NCBI GenBank assembly: GCA_049642385.1
Contig: JBAROU010000126.1
Coordinates: 1-48,704 of the forward strand
Direction of reading: 5' to 3'
DNA length: 48,704 nucleotides
Source: Dehalococcoidia bacterium
GTDB lineage: Bacteria; Chloroflexota; Dehalococcoidia; DSTF01; RBG-16-68-14
Made by a program: the position numbers and the translations under genes. Position 1 is the first letter of the stretch. Each line of letters starts with the position of its first letter. Positions 1 through 9,581 of this stretch are shown one piece after another. Below the pieces are notes generated by a model. The model worked only from the letters and a program-made list of their open reading frames with translations. It had not been told where the DNA came from and searched no databases.

Positions 1-1380
1 CGCGAGCTGTCGCCTGTCGAAGTAACGCGAGTGACCCTCGAGCGCATCGACCGGCTCAATCCGAAATTGAACGCGTACCTCCTCGTCGACCACGAGGGCG
101 CGCTCGCGGCGGCGCGCGAGGCCGAACGGTGCTGGTCGCAAGACGACGCGCCAATGCTCTGCGGCGTGCCGGTGTCAATCAAAGATCTCGTGCACATCGA
201 GGGCATGCCGACGACGTTCGGTTCGCTGGTGTTCAAGGACTACTACCCGGAGCGTAGCTCCGTCTCCGTCGAACGGTTGCAGGCAGCGGGCGCCGTGGTG
301 CTGGGAAAGACAAACACGCCGGAGATCGGCATGATCGACCAGACGATCAACCTTCTGGGCGATGACGGGCGTAACCCGTGGAACCTGGAGCACACCGCCG
401 GCGGCTCCAGTGGCGGCGCCGGTTCGGCAGTGGCGGCGGGCCTGGGGCCGCTCGCGCTGGGCACGGACGGCGCAGGATCGATCCGTATCCCCGCGTTCTA
501 CAACGCCATCTTCGGCCTGAAACCGACGTTCGGGCGCATTCCGCACGACGGGTGGAAAGGCGCGCCATTGACGTCGCACCAGGGGCCGATGACGCGTACG
601 GTGGGCGACGCGGTGTTGTTCATGCAGGCGACGGCCGGGCCCGACCTCGAACGTGATGCGCTCTCCATTCGAGACGATTCGCCTAACTTCTTCGCTGCGT
701 TGAATGGAGCGTCGCTGCGCGGTACGAAGGTCGCGCTCAGTCACGACTACGGATTCATGGAGGTCGATTCGGAGATCCGCCAGGCGGTGATGGACGCGGC
801 CGATCTGCTGCGAGGGCTGGGCTGTGAGATCATCGAGTCGGACCCGCCACGTCCGGAGGGCAACCCGATGGAGATGACGATCGGCGGCCCAGATGAGTAC
901 GTCTGGGCGCTGCACCTGAAGCCGGACTTCGACGAACACCTAGACGAACTGACTGGCTACGGGCGCCACACGTTCGAGGGAGCGCCGACGATGCTGGCAT
1001 GGAAGTACGCCCAGGGGCTGCGCCGGCGCGAGCGGTGGGCGGCGCTAACGCACCTCTGGTTCCAAGACTTCGATTTTCTCGTCTCACCGGTGATGGGGCG
1101 AACGGCGCCTCGCTGCCGAGCGCCGATGGTCGAGGAGGGCAAGCCGTGGCCCGGCAGCTTCCTGCCAATCTTCAACGCGAACGGTAGCCCGGCAGCCTCT
1201 ATACCGTTCGGCTTCCACAGCAATGGCCTGCCGCTGGCGGTGCAGATCGCCGGTCGCTGGGGCGACGACGTCGGGGTGCTGCGCGTCTGCGCCGCGATCG
1301 AAGCTGCACAGCCGTGGGCGGACCAATGGCCGCCGCTTGCACGCGAGGGCATCGGCGAGCCTGCGGGCGCGGGCGACTGA
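1..1380 (+). CDS. Amidase-signature family amidase (GatA-like), 5' end outside window
   Basis: Frame is open to base 1: RELSPVEVTRV precedes the GTG at 31 and aligns with the N-terminal region of the paralog at 36547. Amidase-signature motifs are present: VSIKD (Lys), GGSSGG (cis-Ser), GSIRIP (nucleophile Ser). Confidence 0.85.
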   Translation, partial: RELSPVEVTRVTLERIDRLNPKLNAYLLVDHEGALAAAREAERCWSQDDAPMLCGVPVSIKDLVHIEGMPTTFGSLVFKDYYPERSSVSVERLQAAGAVVLGKTNTPEIGMIDQTINLLGDDGRNPWNLEHTAGGSSGGAGSAVAAGLGPLALGTDGAGSIRIPAFYNAIFGLKPTFGRIPHDGWKGAPLTSHQGPMTRTVGDAVLFMQATAGPDLERDALSIRDDSPNFFAALNGASLRGTKVALSHDYGFMEVDSEIRQAVMDAADLLRGLGCEIIESDPPRPEGNPMEMTIGGPDEYVWALHLKPDFDEHLDELTGYGRHTFEGAPTMLAWKYAQGLRRRERWAALTHLWFQDFDFLVSPVMGRTAPRCRAPMVEEGKPWPGSFLPIFNANGSPAASIPFGFHSNGLPLAVQIAGRWGDDVGVLRVCAAIEAAQPWADQWPPLAREGIGEPAGAGD

Positions 1381-1404
1381 CTAGGCTAACCGTGCCGTTA
1401 CGCG

Positions 1405-1413
1405 TGCTATACT
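1405..1413 (+). promoter_or_regulatory. Candidate extended -10 promoter element TGcTATACT upstream of the acylase gene
   Basis: TGCTATACT lies in the 117-bp intergenic gap. The same TGnTATACT word recurs upstream of the tRNA and purA. No good -35. Confidence 0.35.
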
Positions 1414-1497
1414 AGCGCCCAACTGGTGGTGGGAGGGGCGCCAGCGACATCGGATACGCCTGGCGTCGTGCCCTTTCGCCATGGAAGGGAGCACTTC

Positions 1498-4400
1498 ATG
1501 CGCCGCTACTTCGTCCTCATCCCATTGTTCGCGCTGATTATCGTCGGAGGGCTCTTCGCCGCGGATGGTAGGCTGCCCGCCAAGGCTGACCCTGGGGCGA
1601 TCACCGTCCGCGAGTCAGCCTACGGTCTGCCCCACATCTACGCCGATACCGACCTGGAGCTCGCGCGGGAGAACGGGCGCGAGATCGCGAAGGACAGATT
1701 GGGTCAGATCATCCTGATCGGTCGAGTCGCGCGCGGCACGCTCTATCAAGCTTTCGGGCCGCTCGACCCCGGCACATTCAACGACGACGTCGAAGTGCGC
1801 CGGGACGGCTATACCTCGTCTGAGTTGAACGAGATGTACACGAAACTGCCGCAGGACGTCCAAGACCTCTTGCTGGAGTACGCGAAGGGCGTCAACGACA
1901 CCATTGAGGCGGTCTACGCCGGAACCCAGCCGAAGCCACTGGAAGTGAACCTGCTCCAGAGCCTTGGTCTCGGCGACGATCTCTTCGGAAACAAGACGAA
2001 CATTTCGGACCAGGCCGACCCGTACTACGCGCCTGCGGGAGGAGCGTACCCCCACTCGGGCTTCCAGTTCACACCGGAGATGGCGATCGCGATCGCCGTG
2101 TTGCAGGTGCGCAACTTCGGCAGCGAGGACTTCGGCGAAGTGTCGCGCATGAACGAGCTGAACAACCTCGTTACAAAGTTCGGCACTGGTGACGGCACGC
2201 AGATCTGGGATGACCTGAACTTCCTGAATGATCCTCTAGCGCCCGTGTCGGTGCCGGACGCGACAACGCCGGGCTTCGGCGGGCCACTCGCAAGCAGCGG
2301 TGCGGCCGACGAAGCTGCAAAGTATGTCGGCTTCTTCCCACAGTACGACTTCGACGACGCGCTGGCGCAGCTTGAGCAAGACCACGCGCATCGCCAGGAG
2401 TTCGCCGAGCGGATGGGTGCCTGGCCGAAGCTCGGCAGCTATGCGTGGCTGATCGATGGTGACCTTTCGAACACGGGCAACCCCTGGCTGGGTGGCTTCC
2501 CGCAAACAGGGGAGCAGACGCCTTCGATCATGCACTTCGCAGAGCTGCGCAGCGCGGAGGGCAGCGACCATCAGATCGAGGCGATGGGGATGGAGTTCGT
2601 GGGCGCGCCAATCGTGCTGATCGGTCAGACGGACAGCGTTGCCTGGACTAGTACGACGGCGCAGCTCAAGAACAACGATTTTTATCTCGAGAAGATCATC
2701 CTCGAAAACACCGATGCGCTCAGCTACGACGACGAGGGCACGCCGGCGCCGATGAGCATGCGCACGGAGCAGATCCGGAGCGGCGGCGGTTCGAACACGC
2801 CGTATGTTGCCTGGCGCACCCACGAACGCGCCGCCAACGGCGGATCGCGCACGGTAGAGGCGTTCCAGGGCAACGCGGGCAGCACTGTCGACGCGGCGGA
2901 CGCCACGTCGTTGACCGACAACGCCGCGTTTACTGGCAGCTACGGCGGCGGCTACGTCGCGATCATCGCCGGCCCGGGATCAGGCCAGATCCGCCCCATT
3001 CTATCGAACACGACCAACGTCCTAACGCTTGCCGGGGGCGATGCCTGGACGACGACGCCCACCACCGCGTCACGCTATGTCGCCGTCCGCTCCGGCAACG
3101 ACATCGTCGCTGTCTCGCGCGACCGCGTCTTCTGGCTGGAGGAGTCCCTCACGGCGTACGCCTTCACGATCTTCCAGCGCGCGGAGAACGTGCTGGACAT
3201 CCGTCGTGGCTCGCGCCTGATCCCGAGCACACACAACTTCCCGTCTGTGGACAACAAGGCGTTCAACGGCTACGGTACCGACCTGGGGCCGGGCACTGGC
3301 AACATCGCCTACTACTCGACCGGGTTCTCGCGCATTCGCCAGGGCGGTTCAGCTACCGACACGCGGTTGCCCCTGGACGGCACGCAGCCGAACCAGCTTG
3401 TTGTGGTTAGTGGCACGGTTGGTAGCTCGGGGAACAACTCGCTCACTGACACCGCCGCGTTCACAGGCGAAGACTTCTCGCCGCCAGTGGTGAACTACAG
3501 GCTCGATAACCCGTCGCAGCAGGGCAGCGAGTACATCGTCTCGATCACGGGCGGCACGGGCTACAAGCAGACGCGCCGCATCGCGAGCAACGACGACGAT
3601 ACACTCACTCTGGAGGAGGACTGGGGCGTCAACCCGCAGCCCGGCGACCTCTATGAGGTCTACGAGATCGTCGCGATGCCCGAGGCGATCAATCCGCCCA
3701 ACGGCTACACCGCCAACTGGAACAACAAAGCCGCTACGGCGGACGACGGCCGCACGTTCGGACGGCAGCACCGCGTGACGTTCATTCTGGAGCGCCTCGC
3801 GGCGGATAGCACCTGGACGCGCGCGGAGCAACGCCAGTTGAACAAGGACCTGGCGGGGCTGGACGGCAAGGGCAAGTTCGGCGCCTACCTGATTCCGCGC
3901 CTGCGCCAAGCGGTCGATGCGTCATGCAGCGGCGGTGTCGAGGACACGGTCGTCGCCGCACTCGAGGCGTACAACGACAGCCCTGAGTTCGGGCGCGGCT
4001 TCATCGATCCGATCAACGATACGATGATCGCCGGCGAAGGTATCTTGCTGGGCGGCAACCCGTTCGGCCCCGAACCGACCGACCTGATCAGAGAGCTGGC
4101 GAAAGCGATCTTGACGGACGAGTTCTCAGGAACCGGCGTCGGGGTGCCCGGTGGCGAGCAGGGGCTGGCATTGGTGCAACACGCGATCGATTCGGCCGCG
4201 GGCACGCCGTCGGGGGCATATGTCCAGAGCTACAGCGGCGATTACTTCAACGGTGTGCCGTGGGAGGACGTGGTCTGCAGTGCGCTTGCCACCACGATCA
4301 CGGCGTTCGGCGGCGGTATCCCGGCGGACGCCGCGCGACCGAACAACACGTTCGCCCACCCGCTTTCGCCGCTTTTCCCGCAGCTCGTCTTCGATCCGGT

Positions 4401-5169
4401 ACCGACGGGTAACCGCGGCGCGTATGAGCAGATCGTGGAGGTCGGTCCGACCGTGCTTGGCGAGTTCATCTTCCCGCTCGGCCAGAGCGGCTTTATCGAC
4501 ACGGACGGCATCTCGGGTCGCCATACCGACAGCCTCCACGAGATATGGGCCGACTGGCGCTTCTGGCCGATGCTCCACATTGCCGAAGACCTTTCGGTCG
4601 ATCCGGACGGCGATGTCGACAATGACGGCGTGCTGGACGGCTACGAGAAGTGGTACTACGGCTCGAATTCGGTCGCAGCTACGGATGATAGTGATGCCGA
4701 CTTCTGCACGGTGCTGTGCGAGTATCTAGCGGGCACGTATGCGGACGACTCTGATAGCGATGATAACGGCACGCTTGATGGCGCAGAGGATCCGGACAAG
4801 GACGGCTGCGTAAACGCGAAGGAAGCAGGACCGGACCAAGTGCTGGGTGGCCGGCGCGATCCGCTCTCGATCTGGGATGTGTACGATACCCAAACGAACA
4901 GCGGTGGGAGCGGGTTGGCTGCAGGCTCCGCGCTCGTTGGCTCGGTGGAGGTCAGCGACATTATAAATGTGGTGAAGCACTTTGGGCAGTCCGGTAACCG
5001 TGGCATCGATCCGCTCTCTGACGCGAGCAACCCCGCGGTCTACCACACGCGCTTCGATCGCAACTACGCGGCGTCCGGATCCGACCCGTGGGACCTACGG
5101 GGGCCGGACGGAGCGATTGTGGTTGGTGACCTCTTCGGCTCCGTGATCCAGTTCGGACACCACTGCTAG
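1498..5169 (+). CDS. Secreted penicillin/AHL-acylase family (S45, Ntn-hydrolase) protein with extra inserted modules and a Ca-binding/dockerin-like C-terminus
   Basis: Start moved to ATG 1498: GGAAGGGAG sits 6 nt upstream, and the N-terminus MRRYFVLIPLFALIIVGGLFA looks like a signal/TM segment. Family landmarks: alpha-chain motif YGLPHIYA, spacer then nucleophile Ser in GSYAWL (nt 2437-2439), ANWNNK. The C-terminus has DxDxDG repeats. Confidence 0.8.
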   Translation: MRRYFVLIPLFALIIVGGLFAADGRLPAKADPGAITVRESAYGLPHIYADTDLELARENGREIAKDRLGQIILIGRVARGTLYQAFGPLDPGTFNDDVEVRRDGYTSSELNEMYTKLPQDVQDLLLEYAKGVNDTIEAVYAGTQPKPLEVNLLQSLGLGDDLFGNKTNISDQADPYYAPAGGAYPHSGFQFTPEMAIAIAVLQVRNFGSEDFGEVSRMNELNNLVTKFGTGDGTQIWDDLNFLNDPLAPVSVPDATTPGFGGPLASSGAADEAAKYVGFFPQYDFDDALAQLEQDHAHRQEFAERMGAWPKLGSYAWLIDGDLSNTGNPWLGGFPQTGEQTPSIMHFAELRSAEGSDHQIEAMGMEFVGAPIVLIGQTDSVAWTSTTAQLKNNDFYLEKIILENTDALSYDDEGTPAPMSMRTEQIRSGGGSNTPYVAWRTHERAANGGSRTVEAFQGNAGSTVDAADATSLTDNAAFTGSYGGGYVAIIAGPGSGQIRPILSNTTNVLTLAGGDAWTTTPTTASRYVAVRSGNDIVAVSRDRVFWLEESLTAYAFTIFQRAENVLDIRRGSRLIPSTHNFPSVDNKAFNGYGTDLGPGTGNIAYYSTGFSRIRQGGSATDTRLPLDGTQPNQLVVVSGTVGSSGNNSLTDTAAFTGEDFSPPVVNYRLDNPSQQGSEYIVSITGGTGYKQTRRIASNDDDTLTLEEDWGVNPQPGDLYEVYEIVAMPEAINPPNGYTANWNNKAATADDGRTFGRQHRVTFILERLAADSTWTRAEQRQLNKDLAGLDGKGKFGAYLIPRLRQAVDASCSGGVEDTVVAALEAYNDSPEFGRGFIDPINDTMIAGEGILLGGNPFGPEPTDLIRELAKAILTDEFSGTGVGVPGGEQGLALVQHAIDSAAGTPSGAYVQSYSGDYFNGVPWEDVVCSALATTITAFGGGIPADAARPNNTFAHPLSPLFPQLVFDPVPTGNRGAYEQIVEVGPTVLGEFIFPLGQSGFIDTDGISGRHTDSLHEIWADWRFWPMLHIAEDLSVDPDGDVDNDGVLDGYEKWYYGSNSVAATDDSDADFCTVLCEYLAGTYADDSDSDDNGTLDGAEDPDKDGCVNAKEAGPDQVLGGRRDPLSIWDVYDTQTNSGGSGLAAGSALVGSVEVSDIINVVKHFGQSGNRGIDPLSDASNPAVYHTRFDRNYAASGSDPWDLRGPDGAIVVGDLFGSVIQFGHHC

Positions 5170-5188
5170 GTTGACGAATAGCAGAATC

Positions 5189-5224
5189 ATGGGCCCCGCC
5201 TCTCTCGGAAGAGACGGGGCCCAT
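5189..5224. terminator. Hairpin between convergent acylase and rel genes (possible bidirectional terminator)
   Basis: ATGGGCCCCG...CGGGGCCCAT forms a perfect 10-bp outer stem plus 4 further inner pairs. Flanking U-tracts are weak. Confidence 0.45.
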
Positions 5225-5304
5225 TGCTGTAGACGAACAGCCGGTTACCGCTGTCCGTCGAGCGGGTGCTGCGCCGGGTTCTGGAAGATGGCGGGGCAGT
5301 CGAT

Positions 5305-7524
5305 TTAGAGGGCGTGCTTGGTTGGACGACCCTGGTCCATTGAGCGAGCGACGCTGATCACACCGCGCACGACCTCGAGCTTGCTCAGCAGCCGGCTGAG
5401 CTGGTCTACGCCCTGGGTTTCCAGCGTGAGCGAGATGAGGGTGGTGCGGTCACCGCGCTCCTGCGTGCGCACGCCCACCATGTTTACCTTCTCCTCCGCC
5501 ACAATCACGCTGAGGTCACGTAGGAGCCCGACGCGGTCCCACGACTCGATGTGAACGGCAACGGGATAGTACTGTCCGGTGCGCCCCCAATCGACCTCCA
5601 CGAGGCGCTGGCGCTCGTCCTCGTGAAGTACGTTGAAGCAATCGCGGCGGTGGACGGTGACGCCGCGGCTGCGCGTCACGTAGCCGATGATCTGGTCGCC
5701 GGGAACCGGGCTGCAACAGCGGCCCAGCTGCGTCAGCAGATCGCCCGTCCCCAGTACCTGGATTCCCGGCGCGGAGACGGGACGCTGGAGCGCCCGCTCG
5801 TCCAGCTCGGGCAGATCTTCTTCAGGCTCAGGCTCCAGGAAGCGCGCGAGCCGCAGCGCCACCTGATGGAGGCTCACGCCGCCGTGACTGAGTGCGACGT
5901 GCAGGTCTTCGAGAGAGCTGTAGCCGAGCTTGCTGAGCAGCTCCTCCTTGCACTCGGCGAGCGAAAGGCCGAGTCGCCGGAGCTCACGCTCGAGCAGCTC
6001 ACGCCCCTTGTCGATGTTCTCCGCGCGTTCCAGCTTGCGGAACCACTGACGGATCTTTTCGCGAGCGTGGCTGGTGCGGACATACCCGAGGTTTGCGTTG
6101 AGCCAGTCGCGCGATGGGCCGCGTGAGCTGCGTCCGGAGACGATCTCGACGACGTCACCGTTCTCGAGACGCTGGTTCAGCGCGACGAGGCGGCCGTTCA
6201 CCTTCGCGCCCACGCAGTGGTGACCCAGCTCCGTGTGGATCCGGTAGGCGAAGTCGACCGCGGTGGCGCCGGCCGGGAGGTCTTTGATAGCGCCCTTGGG
6301 CGTGAAGATAAAGACCTGATCCTGGAAAATGTCGGTCTTGACGGTTTCGACGAAGTCTTCCGCATGCGCCATGTCGCGCTGCCACTCCAGGAGCTGGCGC
6401 AGCCAGGACAGCCGCTCTTCAAAGCGCACGTCCTGGCTGCTGCCCTCCTTGTAGCGCCAGTGCGCGGCGATACCGTACTCGGCGAGGCGATGCATTTCGT
6501 GCGTGCGGATCTGCACTTCTAGCGGTCGCGTATTGAGCGCCATCACGGTGGTGTGCAGCGACTGATAAACGCCTTCTCTCGGGTTGGCAAGGTAGTCGTC
6601 GAACTGGCCGGGGATCGGTCGCCACATGCCGTGTACGATGCCCAGCACCGAGTAGCAATCGGAGACCGAATCGACGAGGACGCGCATGGCAAGCAGGTCG
6701 TAGATCTCGCTGACGCTCTTGCCTTGGTCGGCGTACTTCTGGATCTTTTGGTACACGCTGTAGACGTGCTTCGCACGGCCCTGAACAGTCGCTTTGATGT
6801 TGTTTTTGTCCAGCTCTGCGCGCAAGACCTTCTCGACCTGCGCGATGTACCGTTCGCGACTGGCGCGACCGGAGACGATGAGTCGTGAGATGCGCTCGTA
6901 ATCGTGCGGCTGAAGGTGGCGGAACGCGAGGTCCTCCAGCTCCCACTTGAGCTGCCAGATGCCGAGCCGGCTCGCGAGCGGCGCGTAGATCTCCATCGTC
7001 TCCTGGGCGATGCGCTGCCGTTTCTCCGGTTCCAGGAAGTCCAGCGTGCGCATGTTGTGGAGCCTGTCGGCGAGCTTGACGATGACGACGCGTACGTCCT
7101 CTGCCATCGCCAGGAGCATCTTACGTAGGTTCTCGGCCTGGTTGACGCCGTCGCTCGTGCGCGGGCCGGCCGATTTCATGGTGATGCGCTCAAGCTTCGT
7201 CGCGCCGTCGACCAGCTTTGCTATCTCGGGCCCAAAGCGACGCTTGATCTCGTTATTCGGCACCGCGCAGTCCTCCTGGACGTCGTGGAGGAGCGCGGCG
7301 GCGATAGCGCCGGCGTCGAGCTGGAGCTCGGCGATGGTGAGTGCGGCGTCGAGTGGGTGAACGATGTAGGGTTCGCCGGATTTGCGTTGCTGGTCGCCGT
7401 GAGCGGTCTCTGCGAAGCGATAAGCCTCCTCGATCAGAGGAAGCTTGTCTTCAGGCAGATAGCTGCGAGCTCGCTCTAGCAGTACATCGAGCCCGCCCCG
7501 TTCGCGCACGGGCGAGATCGCCAT
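5305..7524 (-). CDS. relA: Bifunctional (p)ppGpp synthetase/hydrolase Rel (RelA/SpoT homolog)
   Basis: HD hydrolase region (HPLDAAL, LLHDVQED), synthetase core (YQSLHTTV, LEVQIRT), TGS and ACT-like C-terminus. Start set at ATG 7524 (MAISPV), not the track's upstream Met. Confidence 0.9.
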   Translation of the reverse strand: MAISPVRERGGLDVLLERARSYLPEDKLPLIEEAYRFAETAHGDQQRKSGEPYIVHPLDAALTIAELQLDAGAIAAALLHDVQEDCAVPNNEIKRRFGPEIAKLVDGATKLERITMKSAGPRTSDGVNQAENLRKMLLAMAEDVRVVIVKLADRLHNMRTLDFLEPEKRQRIAQETMEIYAPLASRLGIWQLKWELEDLAFRHLQPHDYERISRLIVSGRASRERYIAQVEKVLRAELDKNNIKATVQGRAKHVYSVYQKIQKYADQGKSVSEIYDLLAMRVLVDSVSDCYSVLGIVHGMWRPIPGQFDDYLANPREGVYQSLHTTVMALNTRPLEVQIRTHEMHRLAEYGIAAHWRYKEGSSQDVRFEERLSWLRQLLEWQRDMAHAEDFVETVKTDIFQDQVFIFTPKGAIKDLPAGATAVDFAYRIHTELGHHCVGAKVNGRLVALNQRLENGDVVEIVSGRSSRGPSRDWLNANLGYVRTSHAREKIRQWFRKLERAENIDKGRELLERELRRLGLSLAECKEELLSKLGYSSLEDLHVALSHGGVSLHQVALRLARFLEPEPEEDLPELDERALQRPVSAPGIQVLGTGDLLTQLGRCCSPVPGDQIIGYVTRSRGVTVHRRDCFNVLHEDERQRLVEVDWGRTGQYYPVAVHIESWDRVGLLRDLSVIVAEEKVNMVGVRTQERGDRTTLISLTLETQGVDQLSRLLSKLEVVRGVISVARSMDQGRPTKHAL

Positions 7525-7533
7525 GGTGCTTCC

Positions 7534-7542
7534 AATGTACCA
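7534..7542 (-). promoter_or_regulatory. Candidate extended -10 (TGGTACATT) for rel
   Basis: Minus-strand TGGTACATT ends 9 nt before the rel ATG. The gap GGAAGCACC could alternatively be a weak SD. Confidence 0.35.
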
Positions 7543-7599
7543 CAGCGCTCCGGAGGGGCCCAAGGAACCGGGCGATCGACGTCGAACGGGCGCTGATTC

Positions 7600-7629
7600 T
7601 TGGCCACGCGCCGCCTCCTTCGATATGCT
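7600..7629 (+). promoter_or_regulatory. Candidate sigma70-type promoter for hisS (TTGGCC-18-TATGCT)
   Basis: The -10 ends 9 nt before ATG 7639, and there is no SD in the gap. Confidence 0.4.
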
Positions 7630-7638
7630 GGCCTCACG

Positions 7639-8916
7639 ATGGCTGAGGACAAGCTTCGCTATCAGGCGCCGCGTGGCACGAGCGACGTGCTACCGGAGGA
7701 CGAGCCGTACTGGCGCTTCGTGCGGGCGACCGGCGAACGCGTCGCGGGGCTGTTCGGCTACCGGTATATCGAGACGCCGATGTTCGAGGACGCCGGCGTC
7801 TGGCTGCGCACGAACCAAGGCACGGAAGTCGTCGACAAGGAGATGTACGTCTTCGAGGACCGGGGCGGCGACCGGCTGGCGCTCCGGCCGGAGACGACGG
7901 CGAGCGTCTGCCGCGCCTACATCGAGCACGGCATGGCGAGCCGGCCGCAACCGGTGCGGCTGTTCTATTTCGCGCAGAAGTTTCGCTACGACCGCCCGCA
8001 GGCGGGTCGCTACCGTCAGCACACGGAGTTCGGCGTAGAGGCGATCGGCGAATCGGACGCGACGGTGGACGCTGAAGTGGTCGACCTGCTCTCGACCTTT
8101 TATGACATGCTTGGCCTGGAGGAGCTGACGCTGCACGTGAACAGCATCGGTGATCAGAGCTGCCGGCCCGCGTACGTCGAAGCGCTGCGGGCGTTCTACG
8201 CCGACAAGCTGAACGCCGTTTGTGCTGACTGCAGGATGCGCTACGAGAAGAACCCGATGCGCCTGCTCGATTGCAAGGTCGAGCAGTGCCAGCCGGTCAT
8301 CGCCGCGGCGCCCACGATCACGGAGCGCCTTTGCGAGCCGTGCGCGCAGCACTTCGCGATGCTGCGCTCGTACCTCGACGTGTTAAGCATTGCGCACGAC
8401 GTTGACCCGCGGCTCGTGCGCGGGCTCGACTACTACACGCGCACGGTGTTCGAGTTCTACCCGCCCGTGGAAGGCGCGCAATCAGTCGTGGGCGCGGGCG
8501 GGCGGTACGACGGGCTGATCGAGCTGCTCGGCGGCCAGCCGACGCCGGGCATCGGCTTTGGCAGCGGCATCGAGCGCATCATCCTGAACCTGAAGCGCCA
8601 GGAAGCGCCTGTGCCGGAGGTCGGCGCGCCGCCCGTGTACGTTGCCCACACGTCGGAGCCCGCTAAGACGGCGGCGGTGCGGGTGGCGCACCGCTTGCGC
8701 ACATCGGGCCTAAGCGTGATCGTCGGCGGCGGGCGCAGCCTCAAGTCACAGCTGCGTCACGCGGACGCGCTCGGCGCGCGCTACGTCGTGGTGATAGGTG
8801 ACCGCGAGCTGGCCCAGGGCGAGGTGACGCTGCGCGACATGCTCGACGGGCAGCAGCGTGCGGTGCTGGAAGACCAGCTCCCGAGCGCGCTCGCGGGCTC
8901 GCGCGTCTCTCCGTAG
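7639..8916 (+). CDS. hisS: Histidine--tRNA ligase
   Basis: Class II aaRS HisS motifs: RGTSDVLP, FRYDRPQAGRYRQHTEFGVE, GGRYDGL. Anticodon-binding C-terminus. Start at MAEDKLRYQAP. Confidence 0.92.
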   Translation: MAEDKLRYQAPRGTSDVLPEDEPYWRFVRATGERVAGLFGYRYIETPMFEDAGVWLRTNQGTEVVDKEMYVFEDRGGDRLALRPETTASVCRAYIEHGMASRPQPVRLFYFAQKFRYDRPQAGRYRQHTEFGVEAIGESDATVDAEVVDLLSTFYDMLGLEELTLHVNSIGDQSCRPAYVEALRAFYADKLNAVCADCRMRYEKNPMRLLDCKVEQCQPVIAAAPTITERLCEPCAQHFAMLRSYLDVLSIAHDVDPRLVRGLDYYTRTVFEFYPPVEGAQSVVGAGGRYDGLIELLGGQPTPGIGFGSGIERIILNLKRQEAPVPEVGAPPVYVAHTSEPAKTAAVRVAHRLRTSGLSVIVGGGRSLKSQLRHADALGARYVVVIGDRELAQGEVTLRDMLDGQQRAVLEDQLPSALAGSRVSP

Positions 8917-8950
8917 ATCCGGGCGCGATCCACGTGTGTTGCGGAGGTGA

Positions 8951-9577
8951 ATGATGGCAAGTAAGAATCCGGCGGTCGAGAAGGTCAGAGCGAGGCGCAT
9001 CGCGCTCATCTCCGATACGCACTTCATGAAGCCGGACGGGAGCGATGTGCCGCGAGCGCTCCTGAAGGCGCTCGATGGCGTCGACTTAATCCTGCACCTC
9101 GGCCACATTAGCAGCGCTGCGTCGATGGACCTGCTGGCGTCGGTTGCGCCGGTGCTGGCAGTACAGACACCGCTGGATGACCAGCAGCTGGGTGATGCAC
9201 TGGATGCAGAGCAGGCGAGCGGGCGCACGAATGGCTATACGCGCGTGATCGAGGCGGGCGGCGTGCGCATCGGCGCGCTGCATAACATCGCGAGCGTGAG
9301 TCCAAAGGTGGTCGTCGTGGACAACCAGCGGTTGAAGTTCCCAAAGGCCTCGATGTCAGAGGTCCTGCGGGCGCGCTTCGGGCAGGCCGTCGATGTCGTC
9401 GCGTTCGCGAACACGCACGTCGAGATCGTTGCGCAGCGCGAGGGCGTGTTGTTCGTCAATCCGGGCAGCCCGAACTTACCGGGCGGCGCCCGCGAAGGTG
9501 GGCCGGGGACGATCGCCGTTCTCGATGTGCGAGGCGGCACTATGCACGTGGAAGTCATCGAGGTGCCGAAGCGATAG
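8951..9577 (+). CDS. YfcE/MJ0936-type metallophosphoesterase
   Basis: RIALISDTHF metal-binding motif, later NTH and NPGS segments. GGAGG at 8943-8947; the second ATG at 8954 has the better spacing and may be the true start. Confidence 0.72.
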   Translation: MMASKNPAVEKVRARRIALISDTHFMKPDGSDVPRALLKALDGVDLILHLGHISSAASMDLLASVAPVLAVQTPLDDQQLGDALDAEQASGRTNGYTRVIEAGGVRIGALHNIASVSPKVVVVDNQRLKFPKASMSEVLRARFGQAVDVVAFANTHVEIVAQREGVLFVNPGSPNLPGGAREGGPGTIAVLDVRGGTMHVEVIEVPKR

Positions 9578-9581
9578 ATGG

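Noticed and set aside
4588-4830. Asp-codon-rich repetitive stretch that might look like a tandem DNA repeat
   Set aside because: The repetition is at the protein level (DxDxDG calcium-binding motifs) inside a continuous ORF. The nucleotide units are not regular repeats or spacers.
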